This document shows positions 63,919 through 64,000 of a stretch of DNA of 64,000 bases, piece by piece. A program made the position numbers and the translations under genes. The notes under the pieces were generated by a model. The model worked only from the letters and a program-made list of their open reading frames with translations. It did not search any database and was not told where the DNA came from. The stretch's first letter is position 1. Each line of letters begins with the position of its first letter. The DNA lies in contig JBHGNT010000005.1 in the NCBI GenBank assembly GCA_043228905.1, positions 24,056,001 through 24,120,000 on the forward strand. The letters are read 5' to 3'. The DNA is from Azolla caroliniana (taxonomy: Eukaryota; Plantae; Polypodiophyta).

Positions 63919-64000
63919 TGTCGTGAAGAAAACCGGGCATAGGCGGAATCAGAGAAAAAGGCGCATGAACCGGCTCTTACATGGATGGGCGCATGAATTG
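63919..64000. mobile_element. Start of another LTR inserted in the Gypsy integrase C-terminus
   Basis: Abrupt switch after WVNG..LEP to TGTCGTGAAGA, the same 11-nt start as the solo LTR at 55390. Confidence 0.55.

Overview
Land-plant nuclear DNA, probably from a seed-free plant; this is inferred from the transposon lineages (Tcn1-like chromovirus, RTE-X-like LINE). It contains one clear host gene, a five-exon class I KNOX (KNOTTED1-like TALE homeobox) gene on the minus strand. Its CDS exons are 30934-30350, 29797-29681, 29532-29370, 23869-23487 and 18144-17920, giving about 490 aa. A probable small intronless gene lies at 14743-15156. Left of KNOX are an intact-looking Tcn1-like chromoviral pol with its 3' LTR, a decayed RTE-X-like LINE and a 5'-truncated L1 with a 16-bp TSD. 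The KNOX introns hold two hAT-type MITEs, decayed L1 and Gypsy relics, telomere-like repeats, and tandem repeats that copy the splice donors. From about 37 kb onward is a nested retrotransposon island. An old minus-strand Copia contains a chromoviral Gypsy, which contains a young Tork/Tnt1-like Copia. Further right are solo LTRs, a second Copia fused directly to a non-chromoviral Gypsy, and the start of another LTR. The most notable unexplained structures are (i) a regularly spaced hairpin array and a densely structured 1.7-kb Gypsy leader, (ii) KNOX intronic arrays of TTGACTTGAC motifs and duplicated donors, (iii) tRNA-like segments inside two Gypsy elements, and (iv) strong CCGG enrichment in the young Copia. 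All alignments and counts were done by eye.
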